A stretch of DNA of 64,000 bases from a bacterium (GTDB lineage: Bacteria; Patescibacteriota; Saccharimonadia; Saccharimonadales; UBA4665). Location: positions 12,178-76,177 of the forward strand of contig JAJXTN010000004.1 in assembly GCA_021783725.1 (NCBI GenBank), given 5' to 3'. The notes under the pieces are model-generated. The model was not told where the DNA came from and made no database searches. It worked only from the letters and a program-made list of their open reading frames with translations. Positions 19,311-29,019 of the stretch are shown here, in pieces. The first letter of the stretch is position 1. The number at the start of each line of letters is the position of its first letter. The position numbers and the translations under genes were made by a program.

Positions 19311-19928
19311 ATGCAACCGACAGCACCCAACCTAACACCTCCGGCACCCCAGCCCAACTATGACTTCATCATCAACCCCAATAAACCATCGAGCGGTATG
19401 TCATTCAATGGTTTTAAGTCTCTGCCGGCCCGAATTGTTTTAATAGCCGGGGGGCTATTAGTTTTGTTAGTGTTGTTTGTGGTGATAAAAGGCCTGTTGG
19501 GCGGAAGTAGTAATGCTTCGGCGATGACGACTGTCGTTCAAGAACAACAAGCTTTAATCCATATAACCACCATAGCAACTACTCAACCCGGCACCAATAC
19601 AACGACCCAGAACTCAGTGGCCACAGTCCTATCAAGTGTATCCAGCGCTCAAAGTCAACTGTTGGCCTATCTCAGAAGTAATAATCAATCGGTTTCTAAA
19701 TCTGTACTAAATCAAAGAGTTAGCACGACTACCGATGCCCAACTTACTACCGCCGCCTCGGCCGGCACCTACGACAGCACTTATAAAACCATCGTCCTAG
19801 CCATTCTCAACAATTACATCAACGCCCTAAAAACAGCCTATAACCAAACTAAAGGCCCCAAAGGCCAAGCTTTACTGAACGACGACTACAATAGCGCCCA
19901 ACTGCTATTGCGACAGCTATCGACGTAG
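19311..19928 (+). CDS. Hypothetical membrane-anchored helical protein
   Basis: Pro-rich N-terminus, one TM, Thr/Ser/Gln-rich helical domain. Confidence 0.75.
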   Translation: MQPTAPNLTPPAPQPNYDFIINPNKPSSGMSFNGFKSLPARIVLIAGGLLVLLVLFVVIKGLLGGSSNASAMTTVVQEQQALIHITTIATTQPGTNTTTQNSVATVLSSVSSAQSQLLAYLRSNNQSVSKSVLNQRVSTTTDAQLTTAASAGTYDSTYKTIVLAILNNYINALKTAYNQTKGPKGQALLNDDYNSAQLLLRQLST

Positions 19929-19984
19929 TCAGTAGTCAGTAACTATTTTCCTACAGCCTACTTTCTACTGTCTACTCCCGCTCT

Positions 19985-20075
19985 GTCATCCCGACTGAAA
20001 TGGAGGGAACTATTAAACTATCCGACTATGAGACTATCCGACTTTATATAGATCTCTCGACTAGCTCGAGATGAC
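19985..20075. repeat. Family-A palindromic element with an internal ACTAT 8-mer array, flanked by GTCTACN 7-mer arrays
   Basis: GTCATCCCGACTGAAATGGAGG...AGATCTCTCGACTAGCTCGAGATGAC; between convergent genes. Confidence 0.88.
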
Positions 20076-20100
20076 ATGTCTACGGTCTACTTGCTACAGT

Positions 20101-20436
20101 CTACTGGTTAAGTTTGTGTTCGCCAGTAACCAACAAATAACTATGCCGAATTAGCCCCTGGACCTCTTCCCAGTCCGGAAGACCACTGAGTATAACTGTA
20201 ATCCAGTGCTTTTTGTTCAAATGATAGCCTGGCATAACCGTGTCATACTTGGCTTTGAGCACTTCACTAAGCTGTGGATCGCATTTCAGACTCAGTCTAA
20301 TAGGCTGTTTGCCTTCGGCGATTAAAGCGAACATTTTATCGGAAACTTTGTAGACAGCCACCTCTTCACCGAACGGATAATCGAGCTTGGCGTTCGGCAT
20401 ACTTAGCAAATATTCTTCAACTGTTTTGTGATCCAT
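20101..20436 (-). CDS. MmcQ/YjbR-family DNA-binding protein
   Basis: YPFGEEVAVYKV..KMFAL, LKCDP, PGYHLNKKHWITV. Confidence 0.92.
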   Translation of the reverse strand: MDHKTVEEYLLSMPNAKLDYPFGEEVAVYKVSDKMFALIAEGKQPIRLSLKCDPQLSEVLKAKYDTVMPGYHLNKKHWITVILSGLPDWEEVQGLIRHSYLLVTGEHKLNQ

Positions 20437-20437
20437 A

Positions 20438-20995
20438 CTAGTTCAGCGACTTCTTAAACCATTCTAGATAATTCTGAAGCTCTGCAATCGAAGCTTGAAT
20501 GTCATCAAACGCCCGGTGAACTTCTTTCTTCTCGAACTCAACGCCATATTTGCCCTGCATAACTATTTTGAAACTGCTAACATCAAGCATACGATAGTGT
20601 AATTTCAGATCAAATTGTGGCCACCATTGCTTGATGAAATTACGATCATTATGAATACTGTTGCCGGCCAGTATAGCTGGTTCACTACCAAAATGCTGTT
20701 CAAGTAATTGAATAAGCTCTTGTTCAACTTGGTCACTGGGCTTTCCGTAGTCCAAATTATTCACAAATTGATCCCGATTAGCCGGATAATCAGCCCACCA
20801 TATGTTTTTTTGCATTCGCTCAACGACTACTTCGCGCGGTTGCTTAATGACCGCTTCGTAGCTAGCTAAAGTTTGAAAGTCGAAATCAGTAATCTCTGCC
20901 GCCACTTCCAATATAACGTCCTGTTCGGCATCGAGACCGGTCATCTCCAAATCAACCCATAACAACTTGGTTGGGATGGCGTGTTTATCTATCAT
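20438..20995 (-). CDS. orn: Oligoribonuclease
   Basis: LWVDLEMTGLD, LAGNSIHNDRNFI, LHYRMLDVSS, HRAFDDIQASIAEL. Confidence 0.93.
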   Translation of the reverse strand: MIDKHAIPTKLLWVDLEMTGLDAEQDVILEVAAEITDFDFQTLASYEAVIKQPREVVVERMQKNIWWADYPANRDQFVNNLDYGKPSDQVEQELIQLLEQHFGSEPAILAGNSIHNDRNFIKQWWPQFDLKLHYRMLDVSSFKIVMQGKYGVEFEKKEVHRAFDDIQASIAELQNYLEWFKKSLN

Positions 20996-21148
20996 TACGG
21001 CAATTATATAGCAACTAGGAAGTAGAAAGTAGCAGTTAGCGAATTCCGATTAGCAATGACTTAGCAAGTACCAATTATCCAGTTATTCGCTAAATGGAAA
21101 AAGCCAATACATGGTCATTTGCCAATCGTGAATTGCTAATATATGTTT

Positions 21149-21733
21149 TTAAGTTTTGGATCGGGCTTCACTAAGGGCATCACTGTACCATTTGAGCTCT
21201 TCTAAAGTAGCAGTTAATGCTCCTTGGGGGCCATAAGATTCAGCTTTGACTACTGGATCTAAGACACCATTGTCATCAATGCTCTGGCTGGCACCAGCGA
21301 AAGCTACAGCCTTCGGGATTATAGCGGCTTGAGATTCACTCAAAATTTCCTTTAAGTGCATGATGGCTCGTGCACCGCCAACCGTTCCATGTCCTACAAC
21401 TGTTGCTGGCTTTTTGACTAATTCAAAAGTGACATAATCTAAGGCGTTCTTCAGTACACCAGATATAGAGTGATTGTATTCGGGTGTAACAAAAACATAG
21501 GCATCAGCTTCGGCTAATTTGCTAACCCATTTACCGGCTTCAGGGTTTATTTGGCGATCTGGATTATAACGTGGTGACATTGGCTCGTCCAAGAATGGCA
21601 ATTGATAATCAGCCAAATCGACCAGTTCGACAGAAGTATCAGCTAAAAGACTGGCTTCACCAGCTACCCATTTAGCTAATTTTTCCGTTACTCGGTTAGG
21701 CCGTGTACTGCCAATTATGACTTGTAGTTTCAT
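21149..21733 (-). CDS. NADPH-dependent FMN reductase
   Basis: IGSTRPNR, FVTPEYNHSISGVLKNALD. Confidence 0.92.
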   Translation of the reverse strand: MKLQVIIGSTRPNRVTEKLAKWVAGEASLLADTSVELVDLADYQLPFLDEPMSPRYNPDRQINPEAGKWVSKLAEADAYVFVTPEYNHSISGVLKNALDYVTFELVKKPATVVGHGTVGGARAIMHLKEILSESQAAIIPKAVAFAGASQSIDDNGVLDPVVKAESYGPQGALTATLEELKWYSDALSEARSKT

Positions 21734-21810
21734 GTTTTTTCTCCTTTTATGATATACTTTGTATAGTTAACATTAAATAAGTATAGAGCCATTACTATAC
21801 ATTGTAAAGT

Positions 21811-22158
21811 ATGAAATTATCTCCTTCTAAAAAAAGCCTTGAACCGAAAGTTGGCTGTATCGCTAGCGCTATGGAAATAGTTGGTAATAAATGGACGGCA
21901 TTGATCATTCGCGACCTATTCGAAGGTAGTAAACGTTTCGGCGAACTGGAAATATCAGTTGGCAATATTAATCCTCGCACTCTCAGCCAACGCCTTGATG
22001 ACCTAGAGAATCACGGCATCATCACCAAAAAGTCTTACTCGGAAGTTCCGCCACGGGTCGAATACACGCTAACCCGTAAAGGGCGCGATTTATTGCCGAT
22101 CATTGAACAGATGGCTACTTGGGGCACTAAGTATTACGACCAGCCAGACTGCGCCTAG
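21811..22158 (+). CDS. HxlR-family winged-helix regulator, divergent from the FMN reductase
   Basis: CIASAMEIVGNKWTALII, RFGEL, TLSQRL, VPPRVEYTLT. Confidence 0.93.
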   Translation: MKLSPSKKSLEPKVGCIASAMEIVGNKWTALIIRDLFEGSKRFGELEISVGNINPRTLSQRLDDLENHGIITKKSYSEVPPRVEYTLTRKGRDLLPIIEQMATWGTKYYDQPDCA

Positions 22159-22204
22159 ATAAAGAATCTAGCAAGTAATTTCCTACTGTCTAAATATGCT
22201 CGCT

Positions 22205-22282
22205 GTCATCTTGAGCGGAACGTGAGTGAAGTCGAAAGATCTGTTGTATATTCCATGGATCTCTCGACAAGCTCGAGATGAC
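22205..22282. repeat. Family-A palindromic element
   Basis: GTCATCTTGAGCGGAACGTGAGTGAAGTCGAAAGATC...GGATCTCTCGACAAGCTCGAGATGAC; between convergent genes. Confidence 0.88.
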
Positions 22283-22293
22283 AAGGCTACTGT

Positions 22294-22707
22294 CTAACTG
22301 TCCTCGGGTTCAGTTTCTTGGGGCATGAATTGCAGACAGGAAGAATTGATACAGTACCTTTTGCCAGTTGGTTGGTCAACAGCATCTTCGAACATATGGC
22401 CTAGATGACTACCGCAGTTAACACAAGCTACCTCGGTGCGAACCATACCGTGGCTTTTATCTTCAACTAATTTTATAGCCGTGGTGTTAGCCGGGTCATA
22501 GAAACTAGGCCAGCCACTACCACTTTCAAACTTGGTGTCGCTTTTGAAAACCACTGCCCCACAAGCACCACACACGAAGTCACCACTGCCATGCTCATTC
22601 AATAATTTACCGGTGAAAGGCGCTTCGGTAGCTTTCTGGCGCAAACTAGCATATTGCTCAGGAGTGAGCTTCTGTTTCCATTCGTCATCAGATAACTGCA
22701 TGGTCAT
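22294..22707 (-). CDS. msrB: Peptide-methionine (R)-S-oxide reductase
   Basis: [35 protein letters not shown]. Confidence 0.97.
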   Translation of the reverse strand: MTMQLSDDEWKQKLTPEQYASLRQKATEAPFTGKLLNEHGSGDFVCGACGAVVFKSDTKFESGSGWPSFYDPANTTAIKLVEDKSHGMVRTEVACVNCGSHLGHMFEDAVDQPTGKRYCINSSCLQFMPQETEPEDS

Positions 22708-22710
22708 AAG

Positions 22711-23163
22711 CTATTTCTTGTCTTTCGGCTTATCGAGCTTATCGAGCTTCAGGAATTTAATAATCACATATATAACCAGCAGGATGAATAAGAAGTTGAT
22801 CACGGCATAAACAAATATTCCCCAACCAAAAACGGCAACTTTACCGTTTAAGTGCAGTTCGAAAGTTCTTTGGCTTAATGTCTGGCCGAACAACAACTGA
22901 AACAGCGGATCTATAAAACTCGAGATTAACTGCTTCACGACAACTTGAACTTGAGTACCGATAACAAAACCGATCGCCAAGCCGACTATGGCGTTTTCGC
23001 GCAAAAAGCCGACAAAACCGCTGGCCGGATTGACCGTCGTGACAATCGTAGTAGTCGTCCGGCGTTGATTGCGACGATTACTTTTCGGTTCTTCCATGCG
23101 CAAATTAATGCCGGAAATTACCTGCTGTGATTGTGGTGCTCGTCGATTGTATTTGTCGGTCAT
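22711..23163 (-). CDS. mscL: MscL-family large-conductance mechanosensitive channel with N-terminal extension
   Basis: GFVGFLRENAIVGLAIGFVIG...IDPL...WGIFVYAVINFL. Confidence 0.85.
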   Translation of the reverse strand: MTDKYNRRAPQSQQVISGINLRMEEPKSNRRNQRRTTTTIVTTVNPASGFVGFLRENAIVGLAIGFVIGTQVQVVVKQLISSFIDPLFQLLFGQTLSQRTFELHLNGKVAVFGWGIFVYAVINFLFILLVIYVIIKFLKLDKLDKPKDKK

Positions 23164-23202
23164 TGATTTATGATAGCCTCTGACATAACTTGGGACAACC
23201 AG

Positions 23203-25008
23203 CTACATTGTCTCGGGTGCGTTAATGCCTAACAATTCTAAGCCAGTTTTAAGCCGCTGAGCGTACAACTCGACCAGTTTTAACCGAATTGCCTGGCGAT
23301 CGTCACCAACTACTCGATTATGCTCATAGAAACGATTAAAATTTTGAGCTAATTCATACAAATAAGTGGCGATGTAGTGAGGCATCAGTTCATTGACAGC
23401 TTTATCAAATACTTCGGGGAATTCACTGATTTTGCGAGCCAGACTACGCTCGCCAGGCTCAAAAGTCACATTTAGCCCAGTCTCGGCTTTTGATGGGCTA
23501 GAATCCGTCGGCACGCTATTCGACGGAGTGATGTTGCTCACGACAGGCATATCTTGATTGGATTCCAAATCAAGTTTGGAATGACTTGGAGAGTTTTCGG
23601 CTTTGCGTAAAATACTGCGGGCCCGAGCATGCGCATACTGCAAATATGGGCCGCTATTGCCTTCGATGCTAACCGATTCCTCGGGGTCATAAATGATGTC
23701 ACCGCCGGTACGCTGTTTCAAAAATGCGTACTTAACAGCTGAGTTCGACACTTGATCGTTAGTCTGGGCATTGATTTTCTCAGACGCGACTTTGGCGGCA
23801 TCCAGTACATCATTAGCCAACAAGAAATTACCCTTACGCGAACTCATTTTCACCCCACCAGCCAGCTTAATTTGGCCATGAGTAATATGTTTGGTGCGTG
23901 GTGGCAGTTCCGGCTGGAATTGCTCAATGCTTTTGAGCACAACTTTCATATACTCGACAATATCATTACCAGTGACAATGACCGATGTATCGAAAGCGTA
24001 ATCCTGCCATTTCTTCATGATTAAACCGACGTCTTTGGCTTCATAAGTTGGCAAACCAGCCGAATTGATAAATACCCGAGTGTGTAAGCCATATGGTTCA
24101 CCACGAAATATTACGGCACCGTCACTGACCTCATAAACCCCTTTGGCTAGTTGTTGTTTGACGGTATCGATACCAAGTTGAGCGGTTTCGCTTTCAGGAT
24201 AATATTTCTCAAAGGCGGTTACGCCAAGTCGTTCATAGAATAAATTGAAATAGTCATAACTCCATTGTCGGCAAGTCCAGTAGACATAGGCAAAATCGCT
24301 ATCTTTATCACCACTAGTTTGTGTTTCGTAGACCCGTTTATTGATAGAAACGATTTCGGTTTTGGCCACTTCATCTTCGTCATAAGCACTGCTACCATCT
24401 ACATATCGAGCCGCCATGAAAGCCGCTTTTTCATCAAGCGATTCGGTCGACATCGATTGAATATGCTGTTTGGCGGCGACCTCATCAACTTGGCCTTGAC
24501 CGTCATATTTCAAAATGCCCCACATCGCTTTACCAACATGAAGACCAACGTCACCACCAAAGTTAACTCGGTGCACGTTGCCACCAGCGGTCTCTAGCAA
24601 ATTGGCAATCGCGTTGCCGACAATCGTCGTATATAAATGACCAGCATGTAAAACTTTGAAAGGGTTGGGATCAGAATACTCGGCGACGATAGTTTGGTCT
24701 TTTAACGACCGCGATAATTCGCTATACATTGCCTGATTTATGCTGGTATCGTTCAATGTCAGATTAATGAAACCGGGGCCAGCGATGTCGATGGCACTCA
24801 GTTTATCAGCCAGCTTGGTTTGTAAGACTGACGTTAATTCTTCGGCTACCTGTCTAGGGTTTTTACTGACCGACTTGGCTAACTGGAGAGCGACGTTAGT
24901 CGCGTAATCACCAAACTTTTCTTCAGGACGAGTTAATTCAATTACTACTTTTTGACCGAATAAATCTTCGGCAACTTCAGCAATCACATTCTCCAAATCT
25001 TTCTGCAT
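23203..25008 (-). CDS. argS: Arginine--tRNA ligase with a repeat-derived in-frame insertion in the anticodon-binding domain
   Basis: FGDYATN, AGPGFIN, PNPFKVLHAGH, KMSSRKGN, GNSGPYLQYAHAR, LGINAPETM. Confidence 0.97.
   Translation of the reverse strand: MQKDLENVIAEVAEDLFGQKVVIELTRPEEKFGDYATNVALQLAKSVSKNPRQVAEELTSVLQTKLADKLSAIDIAGPGFINLTLNDTSINQAMYSELSRSLKDQTIVAEYSDPNPFKVLHAGHLYTTIVGNAIANLLETAGGNVHRVNFGGDVGLHVGKAMWGILKYDGQGQVDEVAAKQHIQSMSTESLDEKAAFMAARYVDGSSAYDEDEVAKTEIVSINKRVYETQTSGDKDSDFAYVYWTCRQWSYDYFNLFYERLGVTAFEKYYPESETAQLGIDTVKQQLAKGVYEVSDGAVIFRGEPYGLHTRVFINSAGLPTYEAKDVGLIMKKWQDYAFDTSVIVTGNDIVEYMKVVLKSIEQFQPELPPRTKHITHGQIKLAGGVKMSSRKGNFLLANDVLDAAKVASEKINAQTNDQVSNSAVKYAFLKQRTGGDIIYDPEESVSIEGNSGPYLQYAHARARSILRKAENSPSHSKLDLESNQDMPVVSNITPSNSVPTDSSPSKAETGLNVTFEPGERSLARKISEFPEVFDKAVNELMPHYIATYLYELAQNFNRFYEHNRVVGDDRQAIRLKLVELYAQRLKTGLELLGINAPETM
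23557..23590. repeat. Family-B palindrome arm inside the argS CDS
   Basis: GATTGGATTCCAAATCAAGTTTGGAATGACTTGGA vs GATTGGATCCCAGGTCAAGCCTGGGATGACTTGGA (55289-55323) and GATTCCAGATCAAGTCTGGAATGAC (6228-6252). Confidence 0.82.
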
Positions 25009-25070
25009 ACAGCTAGTATATAGCTGAACTTATCAGATTAACAGAGGCAGAACAGAATATTACCACTTAA

Positions 25071-25229
25071 CTAATGAATGCCGGCAATTTTATCGGCATT
25101 ATTGGCTACGTATTGATAGCTGGCATTCAAATTTTGAGTTTGCTGTAGCACGATATCGGTAGTATGGGTCAGTAGCAGATAATAGCCCCCGACTATTACC
25201 CCCAACACTAACAATAATTTCATAAACAT
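25071..25229 (-). CDS. Small membrane protein (52 aa), below the ORF-track cutoff
   Basis: MFMKLLLVLGVIVGGYYLLLTHTTDIVLQQTQNLNASYQYVANNADKIAGIH*; fills the PGI-argS gap on the same strand. Confidence 0.6.
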   Translation of the reverse strand: MFMKLLLVLGVIVGGYYLLLTHTTDIVLQQTQNLNASYQYVANNADKIAGIH

Positions 25230-25299
25230 ATTTAATCAGGCTTTGGCGACTTTTAAAATAGGCTTAAGCGTAAAAGTTAGGGTTGCAGCTATGTTTAGA

Positions 25300-26331
25300 T
25301 TAGTCTTCTAGGGTCTTTTTGAATTTTTCAATCAAATCTACCGGTGTCGGGTTGATGCCATTGAGTAGCGCTGTATAGATGCTGACGAAATCCCCAAGAG
25401 CGATCGTCCACAGCAGTTGCTCAAGTAAATCTTGCCCTTGGGCCTCAACGACAATCGGGTCTGGTCGCTTGCCAGACAACAGTCTAGCGCTAACCTCAAA
25501 TCGTTTCTGGACTCGAGGGTGCTCGAGCGAACTACGCAAATCAATCACTGCATAAGGCTTATCGACAGGTTGTTCGGTCCATCCGATAAATTCATTATGA
25601 TTGAATTCTGGGTACTGATTAGCCCAAGCAATGTGCTTGGCATTTTCGTTGAAACTAATTTTCCACTTGTAAGCGGCTGGCCATAGCTTAGGACCACCAT
25701 AAACTACTACAGATTTACCAATAACATCTAAAGCAATCTGTTTGGCCTGATTGTTGGCTGTAGGCACGGTTGGTAACCAGTCAGCTAACGACTGTTTGAG
25801 GAATTCAGCTTTGGACGCCAACTGCTGAGCTGAACCGTTAGACAAGCCTAGAATATCAGTAGCCGTCAGCAGGGCTTTCAGACTGTAAAGGACGGCGTGT
25901 CGTGGTTGTAGACCCTCTGGTAACAGCAATAACGGATAGCCTTTCTGACGGGCAATCTCAGCTAATTTGCCGCCGCTGGTAATGACTATGATTCCAGCTT
26001 GTTTGGCTTCGGCCTGCTCGATGGCGCTGAGTGTTTCTTCGGTGTTGCCAGAGTAACTTGAAGCGAAAAATAGCGTGTCGCTATCGACATAAGCAGGAAT
26101 GTCATAATTACGCGATATCTCAAACGGCTTATTGAAGCCCGGCCAACTCTGGGCTATTAAAGCCCCTAAAGCTGAACCCCCCATGCCGCCAAATACCACT
26201 CGTTGAATTGATTCGCTGGGAGTAGTCAAGTCTAAAGGATATTCCTGCTGAATCTGTTGCCATTGTTTCTCGGCAACTCCTAGAGCATCTTGGGCGTCAC
26301 GTTCATGAATCAACTTCAAATCATCTAACAT
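25300..26331 (-). CDS. Bifunctional phosphoglucose/phosphomannose isomerase (SIS family)
   Basis: GMGGS, SYSGNTEET, QPR, NENAK, PEFNHNE; SD AAGGAG. Confidence 0.95.
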   Translation of the reverse strand: MLDDLKLIHERDAQDALGVAEKQWQQIQQEYPLDLTTPSESIQRVVFGGMGGSALGALIAQSWPGFNKPFEISRNYDIPAYVDSDTLFFASSYSGNTEETLSAIEQAEAKQAGIIVITSGGKLAEIARQKGYPLLLLPEGLQPRHAVLYSLKALLTATDILGLSNGSAQQLASKAEFLKQSLADWLPTVPTANNQAKQIALDVIGKSVVVYGGPKLWPAAYKWKISFNENAKHIAWANQYPEFNHNEFIGWTEQPVDKPYAVIDLRSSLEHPRVQKRFEVSARLLSGKRPDPIVVEAQGQDLLEQLLWTIALGDFVSIYTALLNGINPTPVDLIEKFKKTLED

Positions 26332-26405
26332 ACAGTTTCTCCTTATGACATTTATTGATTGGTCGTATATAGTATATCGTAACCATTAGTACTTAGGGGG
26401 GGGAC

Positions 26406-26927
26406 ATGTTTGGACATCAAGACGATATATCAATGCAGCCTCAAGCCGTAGCTGATTTAACTACTGGACCAGTTGATGAAGAACCGGCTATAAATTTACC
26501 AACCGCCAATCCCGCTCCAGCTGATGATCAAGCGGTCGCCAACAACCAAAATTGGCAACATCCGGGCGCTCCCATAGACCCAGCCCAACCAGTCGCTCCA
26601 ACCGCTCCAACGACTTTAGCCGATGCTGATTTACCGGCAGTTACCCCTAAAAACGATAATCAGCCAAATGCCGCCAACGATTTGATCGACATCAAACAGC
26701 GAGCCTTAAGCGAACTTTCACCTCTAGTAAATCATCTCGATCAATCACCCGAAGACAAGTTTCGAACAATGTTAATGATGATTCAGGCCAGCGATGACCA
26801 AAGCTTGATCAAGTCAGCTTACGAAACCGCCCAATCAATTAGTAATGAAAAAGCTCGAGCCAAAGCTCTACTCGACATCATCAACGAAATAAACTATTTC
26901 ACCCAAAACTCCACCGACAAAAAATAA
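26406..26927 (+). CDS. Hypothetical protein, Pro/Ala-rich N-terminus and helical C-terminal domain
   Basis: 173-aa ORF with G-rich SD, ending at a bidirectional terminator. Confidence 0.8.
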   Translation: MFGHQDDISMQPQAVADLTTGPVDEEPAINLPTANPAPADDQAVANNQNWQHPGAPIDPAQPVAPTAPTTLADADLPAVTPKNDNQPNAANDLIDIKQRALSELSPLVNHLDQSPEDKFRTMLMMIQASDDQSLIKSAYETAQSISNEKARAKALLDIINEINYFTQNSTDKK

Positions 26928-26941
26928 CATTTATAAAATAT

Positions 26942-26975
26942 AAATAACTTGGGATTCATTCCCAGGTTATTTTTT
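26942..26975. terminator. Bidirectional intrinsic terminator
   Basis: AAATAACTTGGGA-ttcat-TCCCAGGTTATTTTTT between convergent genes; second hairpin ATGAGGAACCC/GGGTTCCTCAT at ~27002-27028. Confidence 0.75.
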
Positions 26976-27032
26976 CCTATTTCAGGAAGAGCAGCGAAGC
27001 GATGAGGAACCCGATTGGGGTTCCTCATATTC

Positions 27033-28673
27033 TTACATCATCCCGCCCATTCCGCCCATATCCGGCATGTTAGCCTTTTCGGCTACCGGCACATCAACCA
27101 CCAAAGCACCCATCGTACTAGCCGTAGCGGCTATACTGACGGCATTCTGCAAAGCTTCTTTGGTAACTCGAGTTGGGTCAATGACTCCTACCGACTTCAG
27201 ATCAACCAGTTTAACTGGATTACTGACGTCTACCCCCTGCCCAGGCTTGGCGGCCCGAACTTTTGGTAACCATTCGTCAGGATTGAGACCTGCATTGCTA
27301 AGCAATATGCGGAATGGTTGTTCGAGAGCGTTCTTGAGAATTTGAGCACCAGCCGTAATCGAATCAGCTCCCTCTAGCTTAATGTCGTCGGCCAAGTTGA
27401 CGAGCGTTACGCCACCACCAGCGACGATACCTTCGTCAAGTGCCGCTTTGACAGCGTGGACTGCGTCATCGACACGGAATTTTTTCTCTTCAATCTCAGT
27501 TTCGGTAGCACCACCGACTTTGATGACAGCAACTTTGCCAGACAAAGCCGCTTGGCGGCCTTTAAGTTGATCTTTTTCGTAATCACTATCGGACTGAGTC
27601 GCCTGGCTTTCGATAAGTTTGATCCGAGCTTTCAAATCACTAGCCTTACCGCCACCTTCAATAATCGTCGTTTCATCCTTATTAACGATAACTTTACGAG
27701 CCGAACCGACGACGTCCAAGTCGACATTTTCGAAAGTCATACCGCGGTCTTCAGTGATGACCTGAGCTCCAGTCAGAATGGCGATATCGTTCAAAATGTC
27801 CTTACGCCGATCGCCGTAAGATGGAGTTTTGATAGCGACAGTATTAAACACGCTCTTCAAGCGGTTCAAAATCAACGTACCCAACGCTTCACCTTCAACA
27901 TCTTCAGCAATCAAAACTAAATCTTTTTTGCCAGATTGAGCTAACTTTTCGAGTAGCGGCAAAAACTCCTGCAAACTACTGATTTTTTTGTCGGTAATAA
28001 CGATAGCTGGTTTGTCATAGACAGCTTCCATACGAGCCGTGTCGGTCACCATGTAAGGGCTGACAAATCCACGATCAAATGTAAAACCTTCGACAACTTC
28101 CGACTCGAGCAGTAGTCCCTGCCCGGCCTCAACCGTCACTACACCATCCTTGCCAACCTTATCAATCACATCGGCTATCAATTTACCGATTTCGTCATCA
28201 CCAGCGGAAATCGTTGCCACTTCAGCCACTCGTGACTTCTTGCCTTGTATATCTTCCGATAGTGTCGACAATTTCTTAATCACATCGTGGCCGGCGGCTT
28301 CGAGCCCTTTGCGTAATTGCATAGGGTTGTGGCCGGCGGCGATTAATTTATTAGCTTCATTGAGAATGTGATAAGTCAGAACCGTTACCGTCGTTGTTCC
28401 GTCACCGGCGACATCATTCATTTTGCTGGCGGCTTGCTTGATTAACTCAGCGCCGACTTTATAACCCAGAGTTTCGTCATCGACATCAGCCAGATCGACA
28501 CCCTTAGCTACCGTTACACCGTCATGGGTGACGGTTGGAGCGCCAAAACCTTTGCTGATGACAACGTTGCGACCTTTAGGCCCCATCGTGGTCTTAACAG
28601 CGTTATATAAAATCTCCGCCCCGCCAAGCACGCGCTTGCGGGCATCATCATCATAAAATACTTTCTTAGCCAT
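27033..28673 (-). CDS. groL: Chaperonin GroEL
   Basis: TMGPKGRNV, AGDGTTT, KVGGATETE, GGM tail. Confidence 0.99.
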   Translation of the reverse strand: MAKKVFYDDDARKRVLGGAEILYNAVKTTMGPKGRNVVISKGFGAPTVTHDGVTVAKGVDLADVDDETLGYKVGAELIKQAASKMNDVAGDGTTTVTVLTYHILNEANKLIAAGHNPMQLRKGLEAAGHDVIKKLSTLSEDIQGKKSRVAEVATISAGDDEIGKLIADVIDKVGKDGVVTVEAGQGLLLESEVVEGFTFDRGFVSPYMVTDTARMEAVYDKPAIVITDKKISSLQEFLPLLEKLAQSGKKDLVLIAEDVEGEALGTLILNRLKSVFNTVAIKTPSYGDRRKDILNDIAILTGAQVITEDRGMTFENVDLDVVGSARKVIVNKDETTIIEGGGKASDLKARIKLIESQATQSDSDYEKDQLKGRQAALSGKVAVIKVGGATETEIEEKKFRVDDAVHAVKAALDEGIVAGGGVTLVNLADDIKLEGADSITAGAQILKNALEQPFRILLSNAGLNPDEWLPKVRAAKPGQGVDVSNPVKLVDLKSVGVIDPTRVTKEALQNAVSIAATASTMGALVVDVPVAEKANMPDMGGMGGMM

Positions 28674-28681
28674 ATTTCCTC

Positions 28682-28948
28682 CTATTTAACTGTCGCTAAT
28701 ATGTCTTCTTCTTTGACTAGAACATAGTCTTTACCACTGATTTTAACTTCGGTCGTACTATAGGTTTTATAGACGATGCGGTCGCCAACTTTAACTTGTT
28801 TGGCTAACTTACCGACGGCTACAACTTTGGCTGTTTTAGGCTTCTCGCCAGTGTTTTCTGGTATATATAGACCACTAGCGGTCTTGGTAGGAGCTTCTTC
28901 GGCCTGAGCGACTACATAATCACCCAACGGCTGTAATGGCGTACTCAT
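28682..28948 (-). CDS. groS: Co-chaperonin GroES
   Basis: LQPLGDYVV, KTASGLYIP, VKVGDRI, EEDILA. Confidence 0.97.
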   Translation of the reverse strand: MSTPLQPLGDYVVAQAEEAPTKTASGLYIPENTGEKPKTAKVVAVGKLAKQVKVGDRIVYKTYSTTEVKISGKDYVLVKEEDILATVK

Positions 28949-28978
28949 AAACATTTCCCCCTTATAGTTAAGTGTATT

Positions 28979-29005
28979 CTAGCACTTAAGACATGAGAGT
29001 GCTAG
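28979..29005 (-). promoter_or_regulatory. CIRCE element (HrcA operator)
   Basis: CTAGCACTC-N9-AAGTGCTAG vs consensus TTAGCACTC-N9-GAGTGCTAA, directly upstream of groS. Confidence 0.85.
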
Positions 29006-29019
29006 TTGCATGCTATATA

